This document shows positions 1-12,093 of a stretch of DNA of 64,000 bases, piece by piece. The position numbers and the translations under genes were made by a program. Source of the DNA: Minutocellus sp. GHC0000111 (lineage: Eukaryota); contig OZ361256.1 of NCBI GenBank assembly GCA_977018835.1, positions 3,472,001-3,536,000 of the forward strand, read 5' to 3'. The notes beneath the pieces were generated by a model that saw only the letters and a program-made list of their open reading frames with translations, did no database searches and was not told the DNA's origin. How positions within the stretch are numbered: the first letter of the stretch is position 1; every line of letters begins with the position of its first letter.

Positions 1-3000
1 CCCGATGATTGCTGAGCAGCACGAGCATTAAGGTCACTGACTGCTCTGAGGTGGTCTACATCTCGTGTGAAATGAAGAACCGTGACATTGACCTTGTCGA
101 GGATCTGTGAATCAGCGTGCAACACGTTGGATCCTTGATTATGGTAGCATTCCATTTGCTTCCGCAGCGTCGGGTTGGTCACGTCAAAGGAGCGATTGCT
201 ATCATCACCATATGGCAAACCGAATGTTTTCATCCACGATGCGAGACCACGGTGCTGGCCATCAATGTTGCAACCAATTAAATTGTAACTCATTGACGTT
301 GGAAAGGTTGATCCGAGACGACGGCGAGACAAGTAAATCACCATGTCATACCGCGCCCGCAAGACATAGTGAGTTCTTTTCATCCCTGTATATCGGTCCA
401 AGTCTCGAAGAAGAGGTTCCCTATGCGCAAAGAGAGGAAATATTCGTGAGTGTTCAAATTCTGTTTGAATACCTCTTGGTATTTAACCAGAAAATAAAAA
501 TCAGCACTTACCCTTCGATCTCACTATTCTTGTCCTTCTCTATGAATGATTCGATGCTCGCAATGTCTTTTGCCAAGCCTTCGGCAATTTTTGAGCACTC
601 GTCATGATAATCCTGGTTCCAATTCTCCTCTATTCTTCCCTTTTCAATAGTTTCCTGGATGTATTTATCGGCTTCTTCATAGCTTCCTGCTGACAGCATG
701 ACATAATACAGTACCTTGGGTCCTGAACACTCGACCACGTGCCGCTTTACTGTTGACTCGCCACTCGCGACGCCGTATTCTGCATCGAACACAAGATCCT
801 CCTCATCATTATCTGCTTCATTGCCAACGGCTCCGATCATCAGCGTTGCAGGTTGGAATGTAAGCTGCTCCTTCGCCTCATTTCTGCTCCGGAACATGTC
901 CACTGCGATGTCTTCGGCCTTGGCCCGCTGCACTAGTTGCTGATTACAGCCTCTGAGTTTCAATCGCTGCGAGGAAGTCTTCGGGAAAGGTAACGACACA
1001 TAGGCCAACAGGACAATTGGCCAATCCCCTCTCGAAGCAATGCTTGTTTTTAAATCAACTTTCGTCGTGCTTGCGGTTATGTTTGCGAGATGATCGACAT
1101 CTTTAAATTCATCTTCATCGTCACTATCATTGTCACTCTTGCCGCTGCCCTCACTACTCTGCTCGTCTCTATCGCTGCCACTCGAGTCGTCGTTATTGGA
1201 TGCCTCGCTGTTGGCTTCTTCGGCTTCATCGTCAGCGTTATCGATATTATCAATAGAGTCGTCGTTAACTGGAGGTGCATTGAAGTCCTCTTCTTCCATC
1301 GGTAGGGCTTCCTGATCATTGGTGTTTCCTTCGGAACTAACCTCGGCGTTATCGACGGCACCATGAGGCCTGTCAGTTTCCAGAAGTAGCGTTTCTCGGC
1401 TGGCCATTTTTCGACTCTCCCGCCTTGGTGTAGCAGCGTCGACAAATAGCCTCGAGCGTTCAGTCTCGCTCATTTCTTTATCTGAGGCGTCATCGCTGAG
1501 TTCGTCAAGATTTAGAAAGGTATCCTTTTCGAGCGTATCAAGATGGGCTTTTGTTTCCTCACCCACCCTCGCGAAATGGGCTTGTAGATAGTCATTAAGG
1601 ATCGCCGCCCCATTAGGAGCCACACGGTCAATTTCATCCATTACTTTGGCCACTTTCATCAACTCTGTCTTTGCGACAAATCCTTTATTTTCCCAGAGGG
1701 GCGTAATATTCTGCCATCTGCCCAATCCAACTTCATACCATATGTCATACTTCAAGAGACATTTGACAGCAGGTCTCGAGCGCTTGGCAAAGAGTAGTTT
1801 CATTACTCCGATAATATAGCTCTGGGTGTTCATGTTCACCTCTTTATTCCTAATCAGTTGGACATTGTCTTTCAAGAACTGGCCCAGGTAATAGGGAGTC
1901 ATGGCATTATATCCGACCCAACTACCAGTTGATTTTGTGTTCGGACCGATCGTTGGAAGAAATTCATGAGATCGAAAGAGGTCGTGGATGGATTGCCGCT
2001 CTTCTCCGCTTGTCGCAAATCGTAAGTCAAGATCATTTGAAATAGGGCCCTCTGTCAATTCTCCAAGAGCAAGAGTCGCCAATAGCCCTTGTACAAGGAA
2101 AAGATAGACGAGATATCTCTTTTCCTTATTGTCCGCGAAAACATCAGGACCAACATGATCGTCCTCACTGAGAAGTGTTGGTACCGTAGCCCTGAGATGG
2201 TCAATTGCGTTAGTCAGAAATAAATCTATCAACTGAGGAAGCGAATCTCGATGAATGCAAACAAAGAATTCCGCTCCGCGTCTTTTGAGTTCTCCGCCAA
2301 TGAAAGGATGGTAACTGGCAAAAAGTTTATCGATAACGTCATCGTCACCGTCCCTATTGATGTAGTCTGGCACGATGCCAGAGTCAATTATGTCCATGCA
2401 TTTCAGGATACGTTCGATGTTATTATTGGAAACGAATGGATAAAATGCAAGCGCGGCAGAGGGGTCTTCTATCCACAGGTTGTCGAGGTTCTCCACTTTC
2501 CCCCCTGGTCGCCGATCACGGACGAGTTCACATTCTAACAGGGTCTTTGTTGGTTCGCTGACGTCTCGCTTTCTAAGCAACGTCTTCATTATCCCGAAGA
2601 GAAAGCTCTGCACGTAATTTGCGTCACGACGATAAGTCTGATATTGAGAGTTTGTGTCACCATGATGAGAAGGGAGCACTCCATAGTAAAATCCCCACCA
2701 TTCATGATTGAGATCCTCGGTGAATTTTCCGAGCGTCAGTTCACCGGCGAAACCCTCGTTATCCATTATCTTCATCATTATTCTAACGTCTTCGCTGCGC
2801 ATGATGAGATTACGTCGATACGGATTTAGGTCATCCAAGTTGTCATCTACCTCGCCGTAAGTGCGATAGGCATGAATGCCCTGCGAGACGAGAGAATACA
2901 CCAGCATTTTGAAAGCTCCAGTGCTCCCAAATCCTTCAGTGTTCAATCTGATACAAGCGCCCCTATCGTTTCCATCACCAGCGGCACCAATATCTTCACC

Positions 3001-3652
3001 ATTAATTGCAGGGTCAGTGGCCCCGAAGTACTTCAAAAGAGCACGAAGAAAAAGGACCGAGAGCTTGACCGTTGAAGCCTCGCCAATGCATACACATATC
3101 TTTCCATTATGATTGAGAAACGTTGCTTCGATACCGGCAGCAGTCAACAGTTGCTTAATTCCTTCATCTGGGAGTTGGATTTGGATTTGCTATGTCACGT
3201 AAATAAAACAATGTATAAGTCAAAGGAGAGTTAGATCTCGTTTTGGGTCTTCCGAATGAATACTGGGGGGTATTCAAAAGGAAGAACGTCATATAATCAT
3301 CATGATTACGTCATGGAAATAAATCAGCACGAAAAAAAAAAAGAAAAATTGTTCTCCTTGAAGGGAAATATTGCTACCGCTGGATGATTTTGATTGCAAC
3401 TCAAAATCACACACCAATGGACAATGATTGTCGACGTTCCCTTTCATGTGTCATCAGTGCGGGGAATTCCCTTTCGCTCTTGGTCAGTCGAAAATATGTG
3501 TGGATCTGATATCAATCGCATGCTCATTCACCGAAATGAATACAGAAATAGTTGATACTTACATCGTTGCTCCCAGCCTTCGCCGCACGCCGAGAGTTGC
3601 CGCTGTCACCAGCATCCTCGCTTCCATCTGGGGGATCGCCAACCGTGGCCAT
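1..3652 (-). CDS. Large hypothetical protein, multi-exon, 3' end runs off window start; contains a twice-repeated uncharacterised helical domain and an acidic linker
   Basis: 879-aa ORF 508..3147. GTAAGT donor at 511 and polypyrimidine-TAG acceptor at 421 join in frame to an open exon 420..1 (GEPLLRDLDRYTG...). Putative first exon ATG 3652..3563 (MATVGDPPDG...) ends at GTAAGT. Middle 5' exon uncertain. Confidence 0.75.
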
Positions 3653-4521
3653 GGTCACTTCTTTGTTACGAGGCGGATGATGAGTGGACGTCAATATGAG
3701 CGATGTATCGTTCGTTGTACGAAGAAGCACCTTACTTTGCGATCGGTATCACATTTTTTTTTCCAAGTTTTGTGAGCGAATGGTCCGGTATTTTCTCGGA
3801 ATTCGCAGAAATCTTGATTCGTTCGACCGGATGTCAGAATAGAAAAGCCCTTTGGTGTCGCCGTATCTTCATGTTCATTCTCGCACGTGTATTCATCTTT
3901 CATTATTTGAGAAAAGTGATAAGTGCCAGTCCATCTCAACGATTCGACCAACGCTCTTGGCAAGAGCGTCCCATCGAAAGAAAACATTGCTCCGAGGTCG
4001 CCATATTCCACGGAAGATAAGCGTAAGTGCCCTTCGCGTTTGCGTCACTCAGTCGTGGCGCCGCTTTTATTCAGTGCGACTTGTACATTTATTGCTCGGG
4101 ATCGTCGCCGCGTCTCGGTTTCGTTCCAATGAATCGTATGATCATGTCAAGTTGATTACTCTGTTCATTTGTAATGCTGGAAACGAGTCGCCCATTGCGC
4201 TTGAATGGTCGCGCAGTGCAGGTGATCGATCTTTACCATCGGGTCCCAAGCTTTCATCACCATCGTTGTCGGCGATGGGCAGGAGCGGCATGCATGGGCG
4301 GCATACCGATGGCGCATCGCATGGCGCGTGGCATGGTGGCGGTTCCTTATTTTTGACGCACGAAGGAAAGACATTATTTTTGGAGTATTTTCCCCTTAAA
4401 ATGCCGGGGGAGGTGTTCATTCGGAATGCCCGAAAAGTCCACACATCTGCACGTGCAACTGTGATTTTACACCTTTCTAGTTCTTATGATGTTAGTTGTT
4501 ACTATGTTTCTTCCAGCTGCT

Positions 4522-5691
4522 ATGTCAAGCACTGGCTCTCCTAGCAGGAACCTGCGCAGCAGCAAAAGCTCTGGTGCTGCTGCTGCTGCTGTGGCTCTGT
4601 GTCGTCGCTGCTGCTGGTAGCGGTGACGACAGCAAGAAGAGCAGCTGTTCTTCAGCAAAAAAGAACAAGAGTGACAGTGTTTCTGCTCTTGTGGTCTCTA
4701 AGAAGAGAGCTGTTGCTGATGATCAGCGTGGTGAGTCAAGCCCTGTTGCCAAGAAGAAAACAGGTGATGACTCTGTCTGCTCTCTCTCTGCCACCTCACC
4801 TGTGCCGAGCTTGGTGGACTTACTTAAGCAAGAAGAAGCTAGCTGCTGTCATAGCCTTCGAAAATGGCGTTGACGTCAGCTACTTTGGCAATTGGTACAG
4901 TGCTTGTCAGATTAGCACTGGCAGCAGGGTTCCTGTGCAGGAGCTAAAGGATGAAAGCAACCCTGCCCGTGTGTGTTCAGTGCCATTATTGACGATGCTG
5001 GCAAGCGGTTCACTCTTGATGCTTGCTATGACTTGGTGCATGGCGTGGCCACTGCCTGGGCTCTTGAAGCTCGGTCCAAGGGCAGCAAGGACTGGGAGAA
5101 CATTTCTGTGGTTCTTCACAGCAGTTGCCCTGACTGAGGCAATGAGTGCCATTCAGGAGAGTGGAGCTACAGTGTTTGTTCCTTGTGTTGGCAAAGACGA
5201 TGCTGTGAGCACGAGTGCCAGTGGTGCTCTTGAAACCCCCAAGCGCACCCCCAAAGCTGAAGGAGGTGGCGCTAGTGCTGGGAAAGTTGCTGCTGCTCTT
5301 GCTCCTCCTGCTGCTGTTGCCAGTCAGAGCACTGTTGCCATCAGTTCACCTTCAAAGTCACCATCAAAACAGCTCAACCTGGACAGTCTTGACATCAAGG
5401 TGACCAAGGACGTTGTCCAGAAGCACAAGAGTGCCAAGGAGGCCCGTGGTGGTGGAGCCAGACATGATGGTGAACGGCGGTGGGCGGTGGGCCAAGCTTG
5501 GCTCTCAGATTGAGCAGGACAACCACTCCTGTTGGGTCATTTTCAAGGGGTGCAACCTGGAGGTTGTTGATCCTTCACCCCTGAACACAGTTTTGATGGA
5601 CAAAGACATCGAGGAAGCCATGTCCTTCTTGACTGACGGCGTTCCCCCTGGACGCTGGGCTGCCGATGCTTCGTTGCGGAAGATTGCTTAG
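4522..5691 (+). pseudogene. Multiply frameshifted, CpG-depleted remnant of an unknown gene (possibly repeat/TE-associated)
   Basis: Protein-like text switches between all three frames (MSSTGSPSRNLRSS.. / GSGDDSKKSS.. / LAAVIAFENGVDVSYFGNWY.. / AIIDDAGKRFTLDACY.. / RPVVVEPDMMVNGGGRW..). About 26 CG dinucleotides in 4561-5640 by hand count, far fewer than in neighbouring genes. Confidence 0.6.
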
Positions 5692-6177
5692 CAGCATGTC
5701 TTCCAACAACCAGCATGTCAAACGGCCAACCAGCACATCAAAACGTCCAGCGCATCGCTTCCATTCCACAACCAAAGTGCTCCCCGCGTAAAGACACGCG
5801 AACATAGTAGCACGAAGTGCCGTAGTGTTTCCCAAAGAAAACTAGCACGAAGTGCCACAGCGTGTTGAAACTGCCTTCTCTTCTAAAAAACCACTAGATC
5901 TACACATGTTAAAAACACACCCGTTATTTAGACTTTAATAACAACATGCTTCTGCTCGCATTCAACTCATCGGGGCACCCGGGCCATCTGCTGTAGCGCA
6001 ACTATCCACACGAATCTGACTACGTGCCGGAACAAAGGAAATCTAGCAAACTGTCTCTATGCGCGCTAATGGGTGCCCGCCCCTCCCTGAGCTTGCGTTA
6101 GCCACTAGAACATCACCGCATCAGCGCTAAACACGCATTGAACGCGTGCTCAGACTTTTTATTCCTACCCATCTTTC

Positions 6178-6315
6178 CTACTACGTAGTAGCTAGAGATT
6201 CCCTTTCAGATCAGATGACAACGAGCAGATGGCCATGGATTCCTTTTCAGATCACATTACCTGCTAGAGCTACGTAGCTGGGCTAGGTGCGTAGCTCTAC
6301 TTAGCTAGATCTAGC
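6178..6315. repeat. Intergenic nested-palindrome patch (CTAG/AGCT/TACGTA words)
   Basis: Perfect palindromes CTACTACGTAGTAG 6178-6191, AGCTACGTAGCT 6268-6279, GCTAGATCTAGC 6304-6315; 17-bp near-direct repeat at 6197/6238. Confidence 0.8.
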
Positions 6316-6403
6316 CAGTGGCAGCGTGGGCAGCTATCATACGCCAAAGGAAAGATAGAAAGGCCCTTCCTGACGCCGAGTCTACAAGCGGCAGCGTCCT
6401 GTC

Positions 6404-8720
6404 ATGCAGCAGCATCGCAAGATACATGTACATGTGAGGCGAAAGCGTCAACGGCAAACACGGCATTTGTCTTCAGCTGTCGTAATAGGGCTAATCGGTC
6501 TGGTAGAAGGGGCTGAACTTGGCATATCTCGTTCCCGTCAGTCTGCTTTCCCGCTGTCGATGTCAGCAGTCTCTGGAGAAAGCAATCTCACCCATGAGCA
6601 CAATACAAAAACACATGAGCCTGCCGACAACGTATCTGTGCGGCGAAATCATCATGAGTCTAGTGGGTATGCCGTTCCGGAGAGAAGAAATGGCGGTGAT
6701 GTGAGTGCGGCAATAAGGGCAGATCAGGGCTCGTCGACACTACAGGCGCCCATGAATGTCGTTGACGCAAATAATGGTCATGCAGGCAGACATTCACGCG
6801 CTGATATGTACTCTTTCCACGCTGACGGGGTCAAATTTAGCAGTGGAAATAAGGACGATATGAGGGTTACTTGGGGTTCGTTTAGCCTGCAAAGATATAA
6901 TGAGGAAGGGGGTGAAGTTGATGTGTCTCGCCGGGTTCGTGTAACAGATACAAATAACATGCAGCATGAGGAGGTTGTACTGTCATCGCAGGGAAATGAG
7001 AGTGACGAATTATTGAAAAATACCAACCTAGAGAAACTCCATGCGCAGAAGCTGAGACATCGCAATCGATCGCGACGACATGGACAGCTTTATGGTGAAG
7101 CTGTGGAAAAGGCCGACATGAACGCAGTGAACGCAATGAAAATTCTTGATGTCGCGATTATTGATGACGAAGTAATAGAACAGAATGGTGTTGATCGATA
7201 TCGGCTTCGGGGTCGACATCATGACAGCGACACAACCGATGCCATAGGGGATTTCACGGGGGAACATACAATATCATTATCACAACATGACAAAGGTCGC
7301 AATCGATTCCGAAAGCACAGGCACTCGGCAATTGGTGTATCTGACAAGGCATCAAACTTGCAGTCAGGTGATTTGGATTTGTTGCACCAAGTGAGGAACA
7401 AAGGCGGTATCAATAATATGGAGAGACTGCACACATTCAAGTTTGGATATTTTGATAGATCAAGCAGTAAGACAAAGTCGAGCAAGAGCGAGTCCAGGAT
7501 CGGGGGAAAGAGTACAAAATCGTCCAGCGAGACCGATCTGAACGACGACATTGGGCGCAATAGAGAGCGACGGCACAAGACAAAGCGTAGCAAAGATGCA
7601 TCTACAACCAAATCATCAAAAGGGCTGTTGCAGTCGATATCTCGAGATGACCTCTACGACCCGTGTCTGCCTTACAATTCAGCTCAAATGAGGTTTCGAA
7701 GGCATAAAAATTCCAAGGGAAACAATGCAAACGATTGTTCTGAAAGTAGCAAGTCATCTAAGAAATCTCGATCATCAACGCCGCTGCCTGTACCTTCCAT
7801 TACTCCAGCCCCATCAGTTGATGTACCTTCGAGAAAAGATACTCCTGTGCCAACGATAGTTACAGAGCTGCCAACAGTTTCGTCGATGCCGTCTCAATCC
7901 CCATAAGAGGTAGAGAGTGAGGTACCTTCGACATCACCATCGAGTATCCCAAGTCTTCCTCCCTCTGATTTGCCTTCCGCTTCACCGTCGGGAAATCCGA
8001 GTCAGATTCCAAGCAAATTCCCTTCAACAATGCCTTCTGCGCATCCTTCAGCTTCACCATCTTTGAGCTCAAAGCCAACGATGAAATATCAGCCGAGTAC
8101 TTCTCCCTCGATAAGTGTTCAACCAAGCGCAGTTCCATCGACATTACCATCGGTGACACCGAGCGATGAGCCTTCTAGCATTCCCAGCAGATCTCCCTCA
8201 GCGATGCCTTCATCAAAGCCAAGCTCAAGGCCATCTTTGGCCCCTTCTGAAAGCTTTGAACCAACAATGAAATATCAACCGAGTAGCTCGCCATCATTGA
8301 GCGGCGAGCCAAGCAAAATCCCGTCGCTGCAGCCGAGTATTAATCCAAGTAGCCTGCCGAGTGCCATGCCCTCGAGTAGACCTTCTTTGGAGCCTTCGTC
8401 GTCGCCCTCAGGTTTCCCGAGCAAGAGCTCGGCCCCTTCGAAAAGGTGAGGAGTCCGACCGTCCCATTTCGCTCGCGTGTGATGTTTGTAAACATTGCGA
8501 TTTCTTTCTCGATCTCACATTGTTTTTCTTCGACAGCTCAATGCCATCGACCTCGCCTTCAGATACGATGTCTCCTACCGCTAGCAGTTCTCCTTCTCAG
8601 CTACCGAGCGCGGCTCCTACTCTTTCGCCTTCGTCCGGTCCTAGCACAGATCGATTGCACCGAGCCGCCCTCCCACTACAAAACCTGTGTGATATGAAAC
8701 GTGTATCCAGATCTAGCTAG
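6404..8720 (+). pseudogene. Secreted Lys/Ser-rich and PSxxPS-repeat (mucin-like) cell-surface protein with internal stop
   Basis: N-terminal hydrophobic segment (AVVIGLIGLVEG), KSSK-type motifs, long PSSxPS tract. In-frame TAA 7904-7906, after which the same frame continues (EVESEVPSTSPS...). Intron 8446..8536. Confidence 0.75.
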
Positions 8721-8955
8721 CAAAGAAAATGAGTTTTTGTTCATGTATTTAGATTGATCTTAATAAAAAATTATTGATCTAGGAATTCCTACATGCAATG
8801 TAGACTACTAGAGCATGTCGGTTGGCACAATGCACACTCATGTGCACTCATGATAAATATGGGATCTACCGACCAGTCGACCGGCAGATCTACGTAGACT
8901 CTAGCTACTAGACTAGATCTACATGTGTAAAATCCAATAAACGTTTACGTAGACT
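8700..8955. repeat. Intergenic nested-palindrome patch
   Basis: TAGGAATTCCTA 8780-8791, TCTACGTAGA 8889-8898, TAGATCTA 8914-8921, many CTAG/GATC words. Confidence 0.75.
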
Positions 8956-9373
8956 TTTACTTACACATGTGTAAAGGAACGGGTGGTGGTCGCGTTTTTA
9001 TCGAATTGTTATCTTGAAGAGATGCGTGTGCCGCACCGGTAGGAGCAAGAAGTTTGAGCCAATTCACGTGTCTGCATGTACATATGTAGACCCGTGTACC
9101 ATGATACCAATAGTACCGAGTAACAATACATATATCCGATCCGTTGCTGGTTGTTTGATGTTTCGAAGGCTTGTTGCTGCCTTTCGTTGCTCTCTTGCGC
9201 TTTGCGAAATACAAATAAATGTGCCGCATTTTGTTGGCGGGCGTCAGATTTACATCACCGAAATTTTCTAAGCAGCACAACATCGCTGACTCGACGAACG
9301 CGCCGCCGCAACCATCCAAAAAGTGCGGCTGGCCACTCCAAACCTGCCAATACAGGAAGGAAGGAGGCGCAAC

Positions 9374-11921
9374 ATGCCCAACGGTATCCCTTCCAAACGC
9401 TGTGGTAGGCGTACTTTATTGCCTGCCATTGCTTTTAACCTCGTAGCGGCGATTCTTCCCGGCGCATTTGCTCTGGTCACTCCAAAATTTCCTGCACATG
9501 TCTCTCGCTTTCGATCTGTCGCCGTTGCACCATGTCAACGGCATCATCAAAGATATTGTCGACGGGATACGGCACTTCTAAACGTGGGCTCGCCTGTTGT
9601 AAATGGCGATACCGCATCAGTCACTGCTACCGGCGATGCTCTTTATGATGAATCAGCCATTCACGGTGATGACTTCCAACCCGAGACCCAAACAATTGTG
9701 GCTTCCATTGCCTTCTTTGCGCGCTACTTGGTCCGCACAGTTCAACAAGAGCGGCTTACCTCGCGCCTTACGAATCGCAACAAGCGTCGTCTCCTCACCA
9801 AGCTTCGCAATTCTCTCCGTAGGAAGGGATGGACCGCAGATGCGGATGCCCGACGGAGGGAAGATGAGGCAACACTTGCCAGGCTCAAGGCCGAGTTGGG
9901 ATTCAAGGATAATGAAAAGGAATTGCTCGACGGGGAGAAAAAGGGGTTGAGGGAAACCCTGGCCGGTCTCAACGAATCTCGCAAATCCCTCATCAAACTT
10001 GTGGGATACGACTCGTCCCTTTTGGTACCTTCCTTTGGCTTTTTGCTCCTAGGTGCGTTGATGACGTCCATCATCCCACACTACTACTACTCGCAGTGTG
10101 TTACTTGCCTGGCAGCAGCTGAAAGCACCTCAAGGGAGACCGTGGTCAAGTCATTGTTTGGTTTGGCTGTCGTCAATGTTTTGGCGGCTCTCTTTACAGG
10201 TATGCGAGGGGCTCTCTTCTGGATTGCTGGCTCGCGTGGTAACTACAACGTCCGCGTGAAGCTGCATCGCAACTTATTGCTTCAGGAAGGAAGCGGCCTT
10301 TTTCGATTCTACCGAGACCGGCACCCTCCTCTCGCGTCTCAACAACGATGTCAATAAGATCGGTATGGTAATCAGCTTCCAGATAAATGTTCTGCTGCGA
10401 CAATTTGCTCAATTTGTCTTTGGTGCCGTCTATCTCGTGAAGATTAGCCGCAGTTTGAGCCTTTATGCATTCGGTGGAATTGGCCTTGTTGCCATTGTTT
10501 CAGCTCTCTACGGTCGCTTCGCTCGCGGTCTTGCTGAAAGGGTACAGGATACCTTTGCTCGAGCATCAGCAGTTGCTGAAACTTCCTTCAGCATGAGCGA
10601 GACAGTGCGGGCCTTTGATGGAGTACCCTGTGGGGTTGCCAAGTGAGTTTCTGAATTGTTTGCTTCGAATATAACAGATGTATTTCCTCGTATGGTGTCT
10701 CTCACACATTCGCGCCGCGCTTGCTTCTTGGATTTTCCGATCCATAGGTACGAAGATGCTCAGGGGCGGGCTCTTGAACTTGAGGAGGTTCAGGCTTGGG
10801 CGTATGGGTCTCATAAATTCGTGTCAGACACCATAGAAGCTCTGCTTCAGTGTGGTCTTCTTTTTGCATGCTGGAAGGCCGGCCGAGCGGGAGGATTGCC
10901 TGTAGCGAAGCTCACAAGCTTCATGTTCTATGTGAATTTTGTTTTAGAATCGAGTAATGAGGTAGGCGACCAATGGGCCAAGATACAATCAGCAATCGGC
11001 GCTTCGTCTAATGTGTTTGACCTTATTCGGCGCGTTCCTGCGATACGTGATCCCGTCGAAAAGGTTGCCGTGAAGGAAACACCATCATCGTCTATGTCTG
11101 ATCGTCCTGTTATCAGCACGGAAAACATGTCCGTCACGTATGGTCAGATGGAAGCCCCTGCTCTCTCTAGAATAAATCTGGACATTCAGCCGGGAGATAG
11201 AGTTGCCATTGTCGGCCGTTCAGGCTCGGGCAAGAGTTCTCTGCTAAGGACTGCACTTCGCTTCTATGACCCCTCCTCAGGATCAATAAGCTTTGATGGA
11301 ATCAATATGAAAGACATGTCCCGTAAGGAGATTGCAAAGAAAATTTCTGTGGTTGAGCAGGAGCCTCATTTATTTCCAATGAGCTTGATGGACAATGTAT
11401 TGTATGGCATCGAGAAGGACTCCATCGATCAGGAAACTGGTGAGACCTGCTACGGCGCTGATTGGCGAGAAGCGGTAGCAAATGCTCTGGAGATTGCTGG
11501 ACTGCCAGTGACAGGTGACGCGAAGAATGATTTAGGACTAGATCTTGACAGCATGGTTGGGGAGGGATATCGAAGTCTCTCTGGTGGTCAGCGACAGAGA
11601 GTTGCTATAGCTCGCGCCCTCATCCGCCAACCATCACTGCTGCTGCTTGATGAACCTACCGCAGCGCTGGACTCCAAGTCAGAAAAGATTGTAGTTGAGG
11701 CTCTTCTCAACGCCCTGAAAAAGACCAAGAGCATGCTCATGGTGACTCATCGGTTAGGTGTCATCCGATCTCTTGGCGTAAACAAAGTTATTGTTCTTGA
11801 GCGTGGAGAGGTCGCCGAGATGGGCCATCCAGAGGATTTATTGCGAACTGGAGGCATTTATTCTCAGTTGGCCCAAGAACAAGGCATCACCGCTCTTGAA
11901 GAAAACGAGGTTGCTCGGTGA
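9374..11921 (+). pseudogene. ABC transporter subfamily B half-transporter (TAP/MDL-like), probably plastid-targeted, frameshifted
   Basis: TM domain plus NBD with GRSGSGKS, LSGGQRQR and LLLLDEPT. A 4-bp duplication (GGAAGGAAG at ~10285-10293) breaks the conserved QEAAFFD..TGTLLSRL motif. Intron 10643..10747. Confidence 0.9.
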
Positions 11922-12093
11922 TGAATTGGTATCTGCTTAATTAATGCATGCTAGATGCTGGTGTATATGATTGAGCTAATCATTGTACTATAAACAAACA
12001 CTTCGATAACACGAAGGTAGACCAGTACATTAGCATGTATTGTTTTGTATCAACTCGCTTTTGCTCCCGTTCCATTCCAATTATATTTTGATG

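Noticed and set aside
5972..6078. GGGCACCC / GGGTGCCC inverted pair as MITE termini
   Set aside because: Only 8 bp, no target-site duplication and no second copy in the window.
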